From: Candidatus Lustribacter sp.
GTDB lineage: Bacteria; Vulcanimicrobiota; Vulcanimicrobiia; Vulcanimicrobiales; Vulcanimicrobiaceae
Assembly (NCBI GenBank): GCA_965277805.1
Contig: OZ255842.1
Coordinates: 3,008,001 to 3,072,000 of the forward strand
Direction of reading: 5' to 3'
Length of the DNA stretch: 64,000 bases
The notes beneath the pieces are model-generated. The model saw only the letters and a list, made by a program, of their open reading frames with translations. It ran no database searches and had not been told where the DNA came from. Made by a program: the position numbers and the translations under genes. Of the stretch, positions 45,796 to 56,591 are shown piece after piece; position 1 is the first letter of the stretch; each line of letters starts with the position of its first letter.

Positions 45796-47940
45796 GTGCG
45801 GATCGTTCTAGCCGGTCTTGCGATCGCGGTGGCGATCGCTTTGGGCAGCCTCCGCGCCGATGCCGCCGTCGTGTCGGCGACGGTGCAAAAAGTCGCGCCG
45901 CCGCCGGTGCTCGACCCGCAGGCGGCCGTGACCGGCTGGCCCGCCGACCCCGTGCTCCCGCTGCCTTGGGACGTCGTGTCAGCCCGCAACGCCGCCGAGC
46001 CGACCAGCGTGCACGTTGCGTCCGACGGCACGTATCTCTTCGTGCGCTTCGATGCGACGCAAATCGAACCGGTGTCGGCGACACAACACAGCAACGACAC
46101 GATCACCGGCGGCAGCCGCGGCAACGGCGGCGCGCTCGCGTGGAGCAGCGACGATGCGGTGTGGGTCGATTTGTGGCCCACCGGCGCGACCGGATTCCAA
46201 TACCAGTTCGAAGCCAATCCGAACGGTTCGCACAACGAAAGTTCGAGCGAGAACACGGCGTTCGCACCGCAGTGGGAGTCGCACGGGGCGATCCGGGATG
46301 GCGGCTACACGGTCACGATGGCGATCCCGCTGAACGTGCTGCACGGCGCGCACGACGGTGCGTGGCGCGCGCAATTCATCCGCTACGTGCGCGCGACCGG
46401 TGCCGAATACGTGTGGTCGTTCGATGCCTCACAGAACAACCCCGACGACGTGACGCGCGCCGGCACGCTTACCATCACCATGAGCGGGAAGGCCCCGCTG
46501 CCGAAGCCGCGCGCCGCGATCTACGGGCTCGGTGCGTTGGCGAGCGCCCCGGCCGGCGGCTCGACCTCGCGCATGGGCGCGGACATTTCCGTTCCGGTCA
46601 CGCCTACGGCCGCGCTCTACGCGACCTTTCATCCCGACTATTCAAACGTCGAACTCGACCAGCAGACGATCTCGCCGAGCGTGTACTCGCGCCAGTTCAG
46701 CGAGGTGCGTCCGTTCTTCACCCAAGCCGCGTCGTACTTCAATACGTTCAGTTGCGACGTGTGTTTGGGTGGGCGCATCACGCTCTACACGCCGGCGATC
46801 CCGACATTTTCACAAGGCTACGCGTTCGAGGGCAAGCAGGGCGAGTACGGCTTCGCCGGCTTCGATGCGATCGGGCCCGGCCGCAGCGACATCGCGAGCG
46901 TGCTCGACTACACCTCACCCGACAACCGCTGGAACGCATCGTTCCAGCACGTCACGACCGATCTCACCGGGGCGACCGACGAAACGAACGAGATCGGCTT
47001 CAACTGGTCCGACTTGAAGTACCTCAGTGCCTACGCGAACTACGCGCAAGACAACGGCACGTTCGTCACCCGTCCGAACCTCGGCAAGGCGATCGACGTC
47101 GGCGGCGGGTACGGCTCGCCGCACTTCGCATTATACGGCGCCCTTCGCAGCGTCGGCGCGCAGTTCAATCCCATCGACGGCTACGTCGCGCACCCCGACA
47201 TCGCGGGCTACGCGCTCTACAGCGCGCGCATCTGGACGTTCGCACCGCAGGACGTGCTGGCCGCGGTCGGGATCAGCGGCATCCTCGATCGCTTTCAAGG
47301 CATGAACTACGGCCAATCGCAAAGCGACAATCAGTTGCTCTTCGACGTCCTCACCAAAAGCGCGTGGGACTTCGAGGTCATCACCGGCTCCGATTACTGG
47401 CGTTTCGGGCCAACGCTCGAGCCCGTCTCGCAGAACGGCGGCTTCAACATCACCTATCACAGCGGGCTGCAGACGAACAACTCCGGCAACTTTCCCTCGC
47501 ACGGCACGACGGCGACGCCGACGACGATCAACTACTCCACCGGCCGCTACGGTGCGGGCCGCCTCGACACGTGGCTGCGCAGCTCGACCATCCGCGCCGG
47601 CGACAAGGGCACGGTCACGTTCACGATCGACAATACCTCACAGTGGATGCGCGGCCTCGCGCCCGACAACATCCAGTGGTTCGACGGCGTCGCGTACTCT
47701 TATCAAGTCAACCGGCAATCGTCGTTTGCCGTCGGCTTGCGCAGCGTGACCGGCAATCCGCCGCAGCCCAACGGCGGCGGCAACTGCATGGGCAAGTGCA
47801 CGAACGTCTCGGTCGCCTATCACTTGCGCCTAACGAACGAAGAATTCTATCTCGCTTACGGCAACCCGAATACGCTCACCACGGTGCCGCAAGCGATTCT
47901 CAAGGTCATCTTCTACTTAGGCGGCCAAAAGGGCACCTAA
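45796..47940 (+). CDS. Secreted/outer-membrane protein, CBM9-like N-terminus and DUF5916-like domain
   Basis: Signal peptide; YLFVRF, DDAVWV, TMAIP and PDYSNVELD...EVRPFF; aromatic-rich beta-strand C-terminus. Confidence 0.7.
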   Translation: MRIVLAGLAIAVAIALGSLRADAAVVSATVQKVAPPPVLDPQAAVTGWPADPVLPLPWDVVSARNAAEPTSVHVASDGTYLFVRFDATQIEPVSATQHSNDTITGGSRGNGGALAWSSDDAVWVDLWPTGATGFQYQFEANPNGSHNESSSENTAFAPQWESHGAIRDGGYTVTMAIPLNVLHGAHDGAWRAQFIRYVRATGAEYVWSFDASQNNPDDVTRAGTLTITMSGKAPLPKPRAAIYGLGALASAPAGGSTSRMGADISVPVTPTAALYATFHPDYSNVELDQQTISPSVYSRQFSEVRPFFTQAASYFNTFSCDVCLGGRITLYTPAIPTFSQGYAFEGKQGEYGFAGFDAIGPGRSDIASVLDYTSPDNRWNASFQHVTTDLTGATDETNEIGFNWSDLKYLSAYANYAQDNGTFVTRPNLGKAIDVGGGYGSPHFALYGALRSVGAQFNPIDGYVAHPDIAGYALYSARIWTFAPQDVLAAVGISGILDRFQGMNYGQSQSDNQLLFDVLTKSAWDFEVITGSDYWRFGPTLEPVSQNGGFNITYHSGLQTNNSGNFPSHGTTATPTTINYSTGRYGAGRLDTWLRSSTIRAGDKGTVTFTIDNTSQWMRGLAPDNIQWFDGVAYSYQVNRQSSFAVGLRSVTGNPPQPNGGGNCMGKCTNVSVAYHLRLTNEEFYLAYGNPNTLTTVPQAILKVIFYLGGQKGT

Positions 47941-48866
47941 CCAGCGTCGATCATTGCGTTCGCGTCGAATCCGGACGGGACGAAGTTGAACTTGATCGCT
48001 GCGTCGACAATCGGCTGGATGAGCCGGATGTCGAGCGACGTTGCCAGGATCTGCTGCGGCAGCGCGAGGATCGTGGCCGGGTCAACGCCGGTGAACCTGG
48101 AGATCACCGGCGCGAGCTGATCGCGGTGATCGTTGCAAAACGCGCTCGCCTCGTTGATGATGCGCCGGAAGGTTGCGACAGTCGCCTTGTTCTTGGCAAT
48201 GTAGTCGGCCGTTGCGAAGAAGCCGGCTTGCAGAAAGCGGCGCGCGATCGCGGTGTTATCGTAGGCGACCAAGCGGACGCGGCCGCTTGCCAGCGCCTGA
48301 CCGAATTGCGGGTTCGGCAGCGTTCCCGCATCGACGCGGCCGGCTTCAACCGCGGCGGCCATTGCGGAGGCGGGGAGCTCGACGTAGCGCAACGATTTCC
48401 AATCGCCGCCGGTCTGGTCGACCCATGCCATCGTCCCGAGCGCGGTCAGGTCGTTGAGCGCGCCGACGCCCATGATCTTCCCGTTGAAGTCCTTTCCGGT
48501 CTTGAGCGGCGAGTTGGCAGCAGCGATCAGTCCCGCCGTCGGGGCATCGCCGCTGTAGATTCCCGCGGGCGCGACCAGCACGAACTGAATGCCCTTGGAC
48601 CGCCCGTTGAGGAGCGAGACCAAACTCGACTTTCCGATGTTGACCGCACCACCGGCGACCGCCGCGGCGACGGCCGACCCGCTGTTGGCTTTCTGCACGG
48701 CGACATCGAGGCCGGCTTTGCGGAAAGCGCCGGTCTCGAGAGCCCAGAACAATCCGGCGAGATCGTCGTTCGGCGCGGAGGCAACGGTGATTTGCGTGAG
48801 CGTTTGGCCGGTAGCGGCGAGCGGTATCACGGCGGCAGAACTAGCCAGAAATGCGGATCGCTTCAT
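47937..48866 (-). CDS. NitT/TauT-family substrate-binding protein
   Basis: GAFRKAGLDV, DFNGK and WVDQTGGD. Confidence 0.85.
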   Translation of the reverse strand: MKRSAFLASSAAVIPLAATGQTLTQITVASAPNDDLAGLFWALETGAFRKAGLDVAVQKANSGSAVAAAVAGGAVNIGKSSLVSLLNGRSKGIQFVLVAPAGIYSGDAPTAGLIAAANSPLKTGKDFNGKIMGVGALNDLTALGTMAWVDQTGGDWKSLRYVELPASAMAAAVEAGRVDAGTLPNPQFGQALASGRVRLVAYDNTAIARRFLQAGFFATADYIAKNKATVATFRRIINEASAFCNDHRDQLAPVISRFTGVDPATILALPQQILATSLDIRLIQPIVDAAIKFNFVPSGFDANAMIDAG

Positions 48867-48884
48867 GCCACTATTCAGACCTCC

Positions 48885-49877
48885 CTAAACGCGGAACGAA
48901 CCGCCCATCGTTTCCCAGAACAGCTCGGAAAGCGTTACGCGGCGGTGCGCTACGCCCTGTACGTGCGCGAACTCGGCAAACGCCTCGAGCGTGACGCGGT
49001 TGGCTTCGACTCCGTAGGCGAACGGATCGGGACCGAAAAGTTCGCGCGCGCGTTCGAAGTAGTACACGCTCCACGGAACCGGAAAGCGCGAGGCGGTTGC
49101 CTCTAGAGCGCGCGCATAGCTACGCGCCTTCGCTTCCTCGAACGCCTTGTAGAGATTGCGCGCCACCCACGGATTACGCTCGAGGATCGGCCGCTTGATC
49201 GCGAGCACGTGCATGATCGGAAAGATGCGCGTGGCTTCGTAGTAGGCTTGCTCGACCGCTTGGTAATCGGCGAAAAGGCGCACGACGCGCGGATCGCCCG
49301 CTTCAAACGCGTGCGGCGGATGCGCGGCGAAGATCGCGGCGATCTCGCCGCTGAGCAGCATCTCGTTGAGACTCTTGCCCTTCACCGGTTCGAGCTTGAC
49401 GCCGGCGGGCAGGCGGAGTTCGACTTTCTCTTCGCGCCCTGCTTCGTTCGTGCCGGCTTGCACCCACTGCACGTCGGTCAATTTCAGACCGTACTGCTGC
49501 TCGAGAAAACCGCGTGAGTAGATCGCAGCCGTCTGCGCCCACTCGGGCAATCCGACTCTGCGGCCGCGCAGATCGTCGACCGTCTTGACCGGACCGTCGC
49601 GCAGCACGTACGCGGAGGACTGCCGGAACATCCGCGACGGGAAGACGGGAATCGCGCTGAACGTCGTGTCGCCTTGCGAAATCAGCGAGATGTATTTCCC
49701 GAACGAAAGCTCGCACGCATCGAACTCATGGTGCTTGAGCGAACGGTAGAAGATTTCCTCAACCTGGAAATCGAGCGCGAGCAGGTTGATGCCTTCGGCA
49801 CTTACGCGGCCGTACGCGAGATCGCGCGTGTGATCGTAGTCGCTGAGCGCCATGGTCAGGGAAAGCTTTTCTGACAC
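48885..49877 (-). CDS. 4,5-dihydroxyphthalate decarboxylase-like protein (OphC/Pht5 family)
   Basis: [36 protein letters not shown] and YGVEANR; SD GGAGG before GTG 49877. Confidence 0.82.
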   Translation of the reverse strand: MSEKLSLTMALSDYDHTRDLAYGRVSAEGINLLALDFQVEEIFYRSLKHHEFDACELSFGKYISLISQGDTTFSAIPVFPSRMFRQSSAYVLRDGPVKTVDDLRGRRVGLPEWAQTAAIYSRGFLEQQYGLKLTDVQWVQAGTNEAGREEKVELRLPAGVKLEPVKGKSLNEMLLSGEIAAIFAAHPPHAFEAGDPRVVRLFADYQAVEQAYYEATRIFPIMHVLAIKRPILERNPWVARNLYKAFEEAKARSYARALEATASRFPVPWSVYYFERARELFGPDPFAYGVEANRVTLEAFAEFAHVQGVAHRRVTLSELFWETMGGSFRV

Positions 49878-49929
49878 CGCGGTTCGCCTCCGGACGGGAA
49901 AAACGTCGATTTCGGATAACCGCCGATAC

Positions 49930-50736
49930 ATGCCTTTTGCCGCCGATCTCGTCGAAAAACTCGCACGCGCACTCGATGAAGCGGAACGCACGCACAAACA
50001 GCTGCGTCAATTCTCGCTCGAATATCCCGATATCACGATCGAAGACGCGTATGCGATTCAACGCGTCTGGATGAAACTGAAACTGGCGAGCGGGCGAACC
50101 CTCAAAGGGCACAAGATCGGGCTGACTTCGCGCGCGATGCAACGCTCGTCCAACATCACCGAACCCGACTACGGCGCGCTGCTCGACGACATGTTCTTCG
50201 CCAACGGTGGCGACGTGCCGATCGACCGCTTCATCCTGCCGCGCGTGGAAGTCGAACTCGCGTTCATTCTCAAAGCCCGGCTCCACGGACCCGAGTGCAC
50301 GATTTTCGACGTGCTGTCGGCGACCGATTACGTGGTGCCCGCGATCGAAATCATCGATGCGCGCATCCAGCAGATCGATCCGGAGACGAAAGTGACGCGC
50401 AAGGTCTTCGACACGATCTCCGACAACGCGGCCGACGCCGGCATCGTGCTCGGCGGCCGCCCGGTCAAAACCAACGAAGTCGACCTGCGCTGGGTGGCAG
50501 CGATGCTCTACCGCAACGGCGTCATCGAGGAATCCGGCGTCGCGGCGGCCGTGCTCAACCATCCGGCCAACGGCCTCGCCTGGCTTGCAAACAAACTGCA
50601 CCCGCACGGCGTCACGCTCGAACCGGGCCAAGTGATCCTGTGCGGGTCGTTCACCGCTCCGGTCCAAGCGAAAGCGGGCGACACGTTCCACGTCGACTAC
50701 GGCCCGCTCGGCTCGATCTCGGTACGCTTCGCCTAA
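49930..50736 (+). CDS. hpaH: 2-oxo-hept-3-ene-1,7-dioate hydratase
   Basis: [35 protein letters not shown] and GSFT. Confidence 0.9.
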   Translation: MPFAADLVEKLARALDEAERTHKQLRQFSLEYPDITIEDAYAIQRVWMKLKLASGRTLKGHKIGLTSRAMQRSSNITEPDYGALLDDMFFANGGDVPIDRFILPRVEVELAFILKARLHGPECTIFDVLSATDYVVPAIEIIDARIQQIDPETKVTRKVFDTISDNAADAGIVLGGRPVKTNEVDLRWVAAMLYRNGVIEESGVAAAVLNHPANGLAWLANKLHPHGVTLEPGQVILCGSFTAPVQAKAGDTFHVDYGPLGSISVRFA

Positions 50737-50801
50737 CGCGACAAAGTCGCGATGTAGCAACGGCTATATGTCATGGCGGGGGCGCAAAGCGTTACTTCGC
50801 C

Positions 50802-51764
50802 TTACTTCGCGCGCACCGCCACGGGGGCGATCATCGACTCGGCGCGCATCGCCTTGTCGATGACGCCGTAGCGCACCGCGACGTCGATCATCGGCTGGAT
50901 GTCTATGGCATCGAGCGCCGGGGCGGAAGGCGAGCGCGCCATGTTCGCGACGACCGCCGGATCGAGCCCCCAGAACGGTGCCGTGACGGCGATCGTCTCG
51001 GCTTGGTGCGCGTTGGTGTACAACGTCGCGTCACGCAGCACTTGGCCGAACTTCACCAGCGGATCGTGATTCTGCGCGATGAAGCTTTCGGTCGCGCAAT
51101 ACGCGGTCACGAGAAAGCGTTTCGCAATCCCCGTGTTGGGCCGCCCGAGAATCCGGAACTTCCCGCTCGCCATCGCGTTCGCGAGAAACGGGTTCGGGAA
51201 CCCCGCCGCCAGGACGCGCCCGGTCTCGACCGCCGCCGTCATCGCCGAGATCGGCAGTTCGATGAACTTCACCGTCTTCGAATCGCCGCCGTTGGCATCG
51301 ATCCAGGCGCGATCCGCGATCCAGAAGTAATCGCGCAGCGACGGCGACGGCAGCGTACTGCCGTTGAGGTCGCGCGCGGATTTCACCGGCCCATCTTTGA
51401 GCACGATGATGCCCGCGCTCGGATCTTCGCCCACCGACAACTCGGCCGGCGCGATGAGCTGCACGGGTACGCCGTGACTGCGCGCGCTGACGAGCGGCAA
51501 GAGACTCGAACGTCCGATGTCCAGCGTGCCGCCGAGCACGGCCGCCGTCACCGCCGAACCCGACGTGAGTTTCTGGATGTCGACATCCAGACCGGCTTTG
51601 GCGAACATACCGGTCGCTTTTGCCCACAGCAGCGGCGTCACGTCGTCGGCAGCGTTAGTGCCGACGTGCAGCGTCGTCAAACCGCTCTGCGCGCCGGCCG
51701 GACGCGCGAACGCGGTCACCGCTACGCTTGCCAAGCCTGCGGTGAAATCGCGCCGGCTAGGCAT
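50802..51764 (-). CDS. NitT/TauT-family substrate-binding protein (Tat-like signal SRRDF)
   Basis: GMFAKAGLDV, DLNG and WIDANGGDSK. Confidence 0.85.
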   Translation of the reverse strand: MPSRRDFTAGLASVAVTAFARPAGAQSGLTTLHVGTNAADDVTPLLWAKATGMFAKAGLDVDIQKLTSGSAVTAAVLGGTLDIGRSSLLPLVSARSHGVPVQLIAPAELSVGEDPSAGIIVLKDGPVKSARDLNGSTLPSPSLRDYFWIADRAWIDANGGDSKTVKFIELPISAMTAAVETGRVLAAGFPNPFLANAMASGKFRILGRPNTGIAKRFLVTAYCATESFIAQNHDPLVKFGQVLRDATLYTNAHQAETIAVTAPFWGLDPAVVANMARSPSAPALDAIDIQPMIDVAVRYGVIDKAMRAESMIAPVAVRAK

Positions 51765-52939
51765 TAAGCTCCGACGGTGGGCACGACGTCGTCGGGGGCG
51801 CGCTGCCATTTCTTCGGCGTGCCGCCGGCGGCGATCGTTTCCAGTTCGCGCTGCAAGATGCGCCGCCACAGCGCGATGCCGGCATCGGAGCGGCCGAGCG
51901 TTTCGGTCGCGTGGTTTTCGATGCGCCCTTGACCCGCCTGAACGGCGATGTCTTGAACGCGCGCGAGGATCGGATGGCGCACGTCGGCGTACGCAACCTT
52001 GCCCGACCAGATATCTTGCACGAGGGCATCGATGTCGGGCGCGGCGGCGCACTTCGCAAAGAACTCGCGGCGTTTGACCCAGTACGGTTCGATCTCGGCG
52101 CCCGTCACGGCAACCTTCGCGCTGACGAACCACTTGTGGTTTTCATCGTCGACCGGGGTGAAGTGGAACGTGATCGTCGGCCAGCCGCCGACGCCGTCCA
52201 TGCCGGCTTGCGGCGGAACGATCGTGCGCACGATGTTCGGCGCGTAGTGGAGCGTGTAGCGCGTCAGCCCGGTAGCGCGATTACCGTAGCGCATCATGCC
52301 CCATGGCGTTTCCTCGGCCGTGATGATCGGAAGATCGACCGACAGCTTCGCGTGCGAGCCGCCCGGCGCGTGCGTGAACGCGACGTGCACTTCGTCCATG
52401 CTGTTCTCGAACGACTGCAGGTAGTTGCAGGGCACGTCTGAGGGCACCCACGCTTCGATGATCCCTTCACCGGCGGCTTCGGGATACGGCGGAAACGCCG
52501 GCGGTTCGTCGGGACCGAAGAAGCCGTAAATCAACCCGAACGCTTCGCCGGTCGGGAACGTCGCGATGCGCACGTTCTTCTCGAAGCCTTCCTTTTCGGC
52601 CGGCGCTTCGATGCATTGGCCCGAACAGTCGTACTTCCAGCCGTGGTACACGCAGCGGATGTCGTCGTTCTCAACCCAGCCGAGGTGCATCAGCGCGCCG
52701 CGGTGCGGGCAGCGCTGCGCGATCAGTTGCGCGCGGCCGCTCTCGCCGCGGAAGAGCGTGTAGTCTTCGTTCATCACGCGCACCGGCAGCGCGCGGCCTT
52801 TCGGCAAGTCGACGGTGCGGCAAATCGCATGCCAGAACTGGCGCATGAAGATGCCGCCCGGCGTACCGGGCTTGGTGGTTGCGAGCTCGACGCTGCGGTC
52901 GGCTTTGCGCGCCGGCGTGATGCGGTCGGTAACGGCCAT
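51764..52939 (-). CDS. Rieske non-heme iron oxygenase alpha subunit (phthalate 4,5-dioxygenase/LigX-like), paralog 2
   Basis: PGTPGG, CPHRG..CVYHG, ENSMDEVHVAFTH and QD...LGRSD. Confidence 0.88.
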   Translation of the reverse strand: MAVTDRITPARKADRSVELATTKPGTPGGIFMRQFWHAICRTVDLPKGRALPVRVMNEDYTLFRGESGRAQLIAQRCPHRGALMHLGWVENDDIRCVYHGWKYDCSGQCIEAPAEKEGFEKNVRIATFPTGEAFGLIYGFFGPDEPPAFPPYPEAAGEGIIEAWVPSDVPCNYLQSFENSMDEVHVAFTHAPGGSHAKLSVDLPIITAEETPWGMMRYGNRATGLTRYTLHYAPNIVRTIVPPQAGMDGVGGWPTITFHFTPVDDENHKWFVSAKVAVTGAEIEPYWVKRREFFAKCAAAPDIDALVQDIWSGKVAYADVRHPILARVQDIAVQAGQGRIENHATETLGRSDAGIALWRRILQRELETIAAGGTPKKWQRAPDDVVPTVGA

Positions 52940-54123
52940 TAGTGCTTCCCCGGAATGCCGACGACGGGAACGACGTCGTCGGGGGTGCGTTGCCATTTCT
53001 TCGGCGTTCCGCCGCCGGCGATAATCTGCAGTTCGCGTTCGAGGATGCGCCGCCAGAGCGCAAGGCCCGCATCCGAACGTCCGAGCGTCTCGGTGCTGCG
53101 GTCTTGGATGCGGCCCTGACCCGCCTGCACGGCGATGTCCTGAACGATCGCGAGTTCCGGATGACGCACGGTGTCGAACGCCACCTTGCCCGCCCAGATG
53201 TCGTCGACGACGCTCTGAATGCGCGGCGCGGCGGCGCGCGCGGCGTAGAACTGAGCGCGCTTTTCCTTATAGGCGGCGACGTCGTCGCCGGTGACTTGCA
53301 CCTTGGCCGTCACGATCCAGAGATGGTTGTCGTCGTCGACCGGAGTGAAGTGGAACGTGATCTCGGGCCAGCCGCCAACGCCGTCCATACCGTAGAGCGG
53401 CGGCACGATCACGCGCACGATGTTCGGCGCGATGTGCAGCGTTTCGCGCACCATTCCGCTCGCGCGCTTGCCGTGACGCAGCATGCCCCACGGCGTTTCC
53501 TCGGCCGTGATGATCGGCAAATCTTTTGAAAGCGCGGCGTGCGATCCGCCGGGGCTGTGCGTGAACGCCACGTGCACTTCGTCCATGCTGTTCTCGAACG
53601 ACTGCAGGTAGTTGCACGGCACGTGCTCGACCGGCCAGCCTTCGATGTAGCCTTCGCCCTGCGATTCAGGATAGGGCGGAAACGCCGGCGGTTCGTCTTG
53701 GCCGAAGTAACCGTAGATCAAACCGAACGCTTCGCCGGTGGGGAAGGTCGCGATCGAAACGTTCTTAGCGAAACCGTCCTTTTCGGCCGGCGCTTCGACG
53801 CACTGCCCGGTGCAATCGTATTTCCAGCCGTGGTAGACGCAGCGGATATCGTCGTTTTCAACCCAGCCGAGGTGCATCAGCGCGCCGCGATGCGGACAAC
53901 GCTGCGCGACGAGCTGCGCGCGCCCGCTCGCGCCGCGGAAAAGCGCGTAGTCTTCGCTCATGATGCGCACCGGCATCGCATGCCCCGGCGCGAGATCCTC
54001 GCTGCGGGCGATCGCATGCCAGAACTGCCGCATGAACGTTCCGCCCGGCGTGCCCGGCTTCGTCGTCGTTAGATCGACTTTCGTGCGCGGGCGCTGTAGT
54101 TCGCGTTCGGTTACCGCCATCAT
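52939..54123 (-). CDS. Rieske non-heme iron oxygenase alpha subunit, paralog 1
   Basis: Same motifs as the adjacent paralog; TAATG coupling. Confidence 0.88.
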   Translation of the reverse strand: MMAVTERELQRPRTKVDLTTTKPGTPGGTFMRQFWHAIARSEDLAPGHAMPVRIMSEDYALFRGASGRAQLVAQRCPHRGALMHLGWVENDDIRCVYHGWKYDCTGQCVEAPAEKDGFAKNVSIATFPTGEAFGLIYGYFGQDEPPAFPPYPESQGEGYIEGWPVEHVPCNYLQSFENSMDEVHVAFTHSPGGSHAALSKDLPIITAEETPWGMLRHGKRASGMVRETLHIAPNIVRVIVPPLYGMDGVGGWPEITFHFTPVDDDNHLWIVTAKVQVTGDDVAAYKEKRAQFYAARAAAPRIQSVVDDIWAGKVAFDTVRHPELAIVQDIAVQAGQGRIQDRSTETLGRSDAGLALWRRILERELQIIAGGGTPKKWQRTPDDVVPVVGIPGKH

Positions 54124-54235
54124 CGAAACCTCACAACACTGGAGACGTCGCGAGCCCTTCATCGGCCCAGGCCCCGGGACCCTCTGCCGTCGAACGCTGC
54201 CCACCAACTGCGGTTCATGCTCCGGAGGCAACGCT

Positions 54236-55186
54236 ATGCGAGTCACCCGTCAACGAGCGCTCCAGTCCGTCGCGGCCGCCGCGACCGCACCCTGGTGGAT
54301 CCGCACCGCGAGCGCGCAAACGCTGCCCGTGATCCGCGCCGCGATGATCCCGATCGAGCCCGCCGTCTCGATTTACTACGCGGTTGAAAACGGCTTCTTC
54401 ACCAAGGCCGGCATCGACGTCCAGATCGCCCAGAATCCGTCCACGCCGGCGCTCGCCGCCGCGGTCGCGTCCGGGACGTACGACGTCGCCTACGCTCCGA
54501 TTTCGACGATCGCCGTCGCGCACTCGCGCGGGTTGCCGTTCGTAGCTATCACCCCCGGAATCGAAACGGTACCGGGCGAGATCGCGGGTGCCATCATGGT
54601 GCCGACAGCCTCAACCGCTAAGACCGGCAAGGATTTCAACGGCAAGACCTTCGGCTGCGCGGGGCTCGGCACGATCGCCGAGTATCAGCCGCGCGCTTGG
54701 ATCGACAAAACCGGCGGCGACTCGACGACCGTAAGGTTCATCGAGATTCCATTTCCCGAAACGATCGCGGCGCTGAACGCCGGCCGCGTGGATGCCGCAT
54801 ATCTGGTCGAGCCCTTCATCACGGTCGCCACGCGCAGCAACACCGTGCGCCTCCTGGCGACCGGCGACGAGGCGATCGGGAACGATTTTCTTTCAACCGT
54901 TTGGTACGCCACCTCGCAGTGGGCGACCGCGCATCCTGACCTCGTCACGAAGTTCGTCGGCGCGATGGTCGCGGCCGCGCACTGGGGCAACGCCAATCAG
55001 GATAAGGTCGTCCCCTACTTGGTCAAGTATTTGAAGGCCGACCCCACGCTTGCCGCCGCCGAGCACCGGCCGCACTTTGCCGACCGCCTCGTGCCATCGC
55101 TGATGCAACCCTGGATCAATGTCACCGCGAAGTACGCGAAGTTCGCGCCCTTCCCGGCGAGCGACGTCATCTACACCCCGAAGTAG
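54236..55186 (+). CDS. NitT/TauT-family substrate-binding protein
   Basis: SD GGAGG; GFFTKAGIDV and WIDKTGGDS. Confidence 0.85.
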   Translation: MRVTRQRALQSVAAAATAPWWIRTASAQTLPVIRAAMIPIEPAVSIYYAVENGFFTKAGIDVQIAQNPSTPALAAAVASGTYDVAYAPISTIAVAHSRGLPFVAITPGIETVPGEIAGAIMVPTASTAKTGKDFNGKTFGCAGLGTIAEYQPRAWIDKTGGDSTTVRFIEIPFPETIAALNAGRVDAAYLVEPFITVATRSNTVRLLATGDEAIGNDFLSTVWYATSQWATAHPDLVTKFVGAMVAAAHWGNANQDKVVPYLVKYLKADPTLAAAEHRPHFADRLVPSLMQPWINVTAKYAKFAPFPASDVIYTPK

Positions 55187-55194
55187 GCTACTTC

Positions 55195-56151
55195 TTACGT
55201 TCCAAAGTAGGCTTCTTTCGCGGGGAATGCCCGCGAGATGTAGCCGTACTTCGCGGCAGCGTCGATCGCCGGCTGGATCAGCGCGGGATCGCCGCTGGTC
55301 GCGGCGTTCGTGCGCGCCATCTTCGAGAAGATCGCGACGTCGATCTTCGTGGTGTCGGCCATCATCTGCGCCGTTTCTGCATGATGCGCGTTGGCGTACG
55401 CCGCCGCGGCATAGGTAACGCGATTGAAGCGCTTGATCGCGTCGGCATGTTTCGCGGCCCAGTCAGGTTGCGCGAAAAACACGGTGAACGCGAAGTGGTC
55501 GCTAATGGCGCTGTAGCTTGGCGCGAGTATGCGCACCTTACCCGTCGCAACCGCCGCGCTGAGTTGCGGCTCGTTGAGGCTCGTAGCCTCCACGCGATGT
55601 TCCGCCAGCGCTTGACCGGCGGCCGAATTCGGCAGCTCGATCCACTTGGTCGTTTTCGCATCGCCGCCGGTCTTATCGATCCAGGCCCATGCTGCGAGCT
55701 CGTTGAGGTCGTTGAGCGCCGCCGTCGATAACGTCTTGCCGTTGAGATCGGCGCCCGTCTTCACCGTGGAATCGGCGGCAACGACCATCTGCGTAAACGG
55801 CGACTTCGGATCCCACACGGCGCCGTTGGCGACGATCGTCAGCGGCAAGCCCTTCAGATGCGCGACCAGCGATGCAATTAGGCTGCCTTTCCCGAGCTCG
55901 TAGGCGCCGCCGACGACGGCTTCGGTTGCCGCCGTGCCGCTCGACGTCGCCACAACCTCGACATCGAGTCCGGCTTTCTGATACAGGCCGGCTTTGATCG
56001 CGTAATACACCGGCGTGAGATCGTCGGTCGCGACACCGGCGAGACGCACCTTGTCGAGCGTTTGCGCGCGCAGGATGGTGGGCCACAGCGCCAGCGCCGA
56101 ACCGGTCGCTGCCAGCATCTGCGCACGTGAAAGACGGGAACGAACGAGCAC
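55195..56151 (-). CDS. NitT/TauT-family substrate-binding protein
   Basis: GLYQKAGLDV, DLNGKT and WIDKTGGD; GTG start after AGGAG. Confidence 0.85.
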   Translation of the reverse strand: MLVRSRLSRAQMLAATGSALALWPTILRAQTLDKVRLAGVATDDLTPVYYAIKAGLYQKAGLDVEVVATSSGTAATEAVVGGAYELGKGSLIASLVAHLKGLPLTIVANGAVWDPKSPFTQMVVAADSTVKTGADLNGKTLSTAALNDLNELAAWAWIDKTGGDAKTTKWIELPNSAAGQALAEHRVEATSLNEPQLSAAVATGKVRILAPSYSAISDHFAFTVFFAQPDWAAKHADAIKRFNRVTYAAAAYANAHHAETAQMMADTTKIDVAIFSKMARTNAATSGDPALIQPAIDAAAKYGYISRAFPAKEAYFGT

Positions 56152-56159
56152 GGTCACTC

Positions 56160-56582
56160 CTACGAAACGGAAGCGGCAGCGGTGGTGGTATCGACCGACG
56201 CGGGGCCGTCGGGAACGGCCGTGAGCCAGCCGTGCGAAAGATCGAGTTTGATGCCGAGCAGCGGATCGCGCACGAACGTCTCGGCTTGACGGCCGTCCTT
56301 CGGGTTCACGCGATTGGGCGGTACGGCGCCGGCGGCGACGGCCGTTTGCAGCGCGCCGTCGACGTCGTCCACGGCAAAGCCGATGTGATCGACGCCCAAC
56401 GGGCGCTTCACCGGCAAGAGCGCGAGGTTGATGTAGCCGTCGGTGAGATAGATCGCCCACTGCGGCGCCGTCTCGTCGTTGCGCTGCCGGAAGACTTCCT
56501 TCAACCCGAACGCCGACGTGTAGAACTTGGCGGTAGCTTCGGCATCGTCGACGACGATTGCGATGTGACGGATCTGTGCCAT
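56160..56582 (-). CDS. VOC/glyoxalase family protein
   Basis: IRHIAI..DD, FY...FGL, YLTDGYINLAL and DHIGF.VDD. Confidence 0.85.
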   Translation of the reverse strand: MAQIRHIAIVVDDAEATAKFYTSAFGLKEVFRQRNDETAPQWAIYLTDGYINLALLPVKRPLGVDHIGFAVDDVDGALQTAVAAGAVPPNRVNPKDGRQAETFVRDPLLGIKLDLSHGWLTAVPDGPASVDTTTAAASVS

Positions 56583-56591
56583 GTGAGCTCC

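Noticed and set aside
45765-49106. 1113-aa plus-strand ORF
   Set aside because: Arg/Ala-rich shadow frame overlapping the real 45796 gene and antisense to an SBP; an expected artefact of high GC
51764-54123. Rieske tandem as an assembly artefact
   Set aside because: The copies differ at many synonymous and non-synonymous sites and have distinct termini
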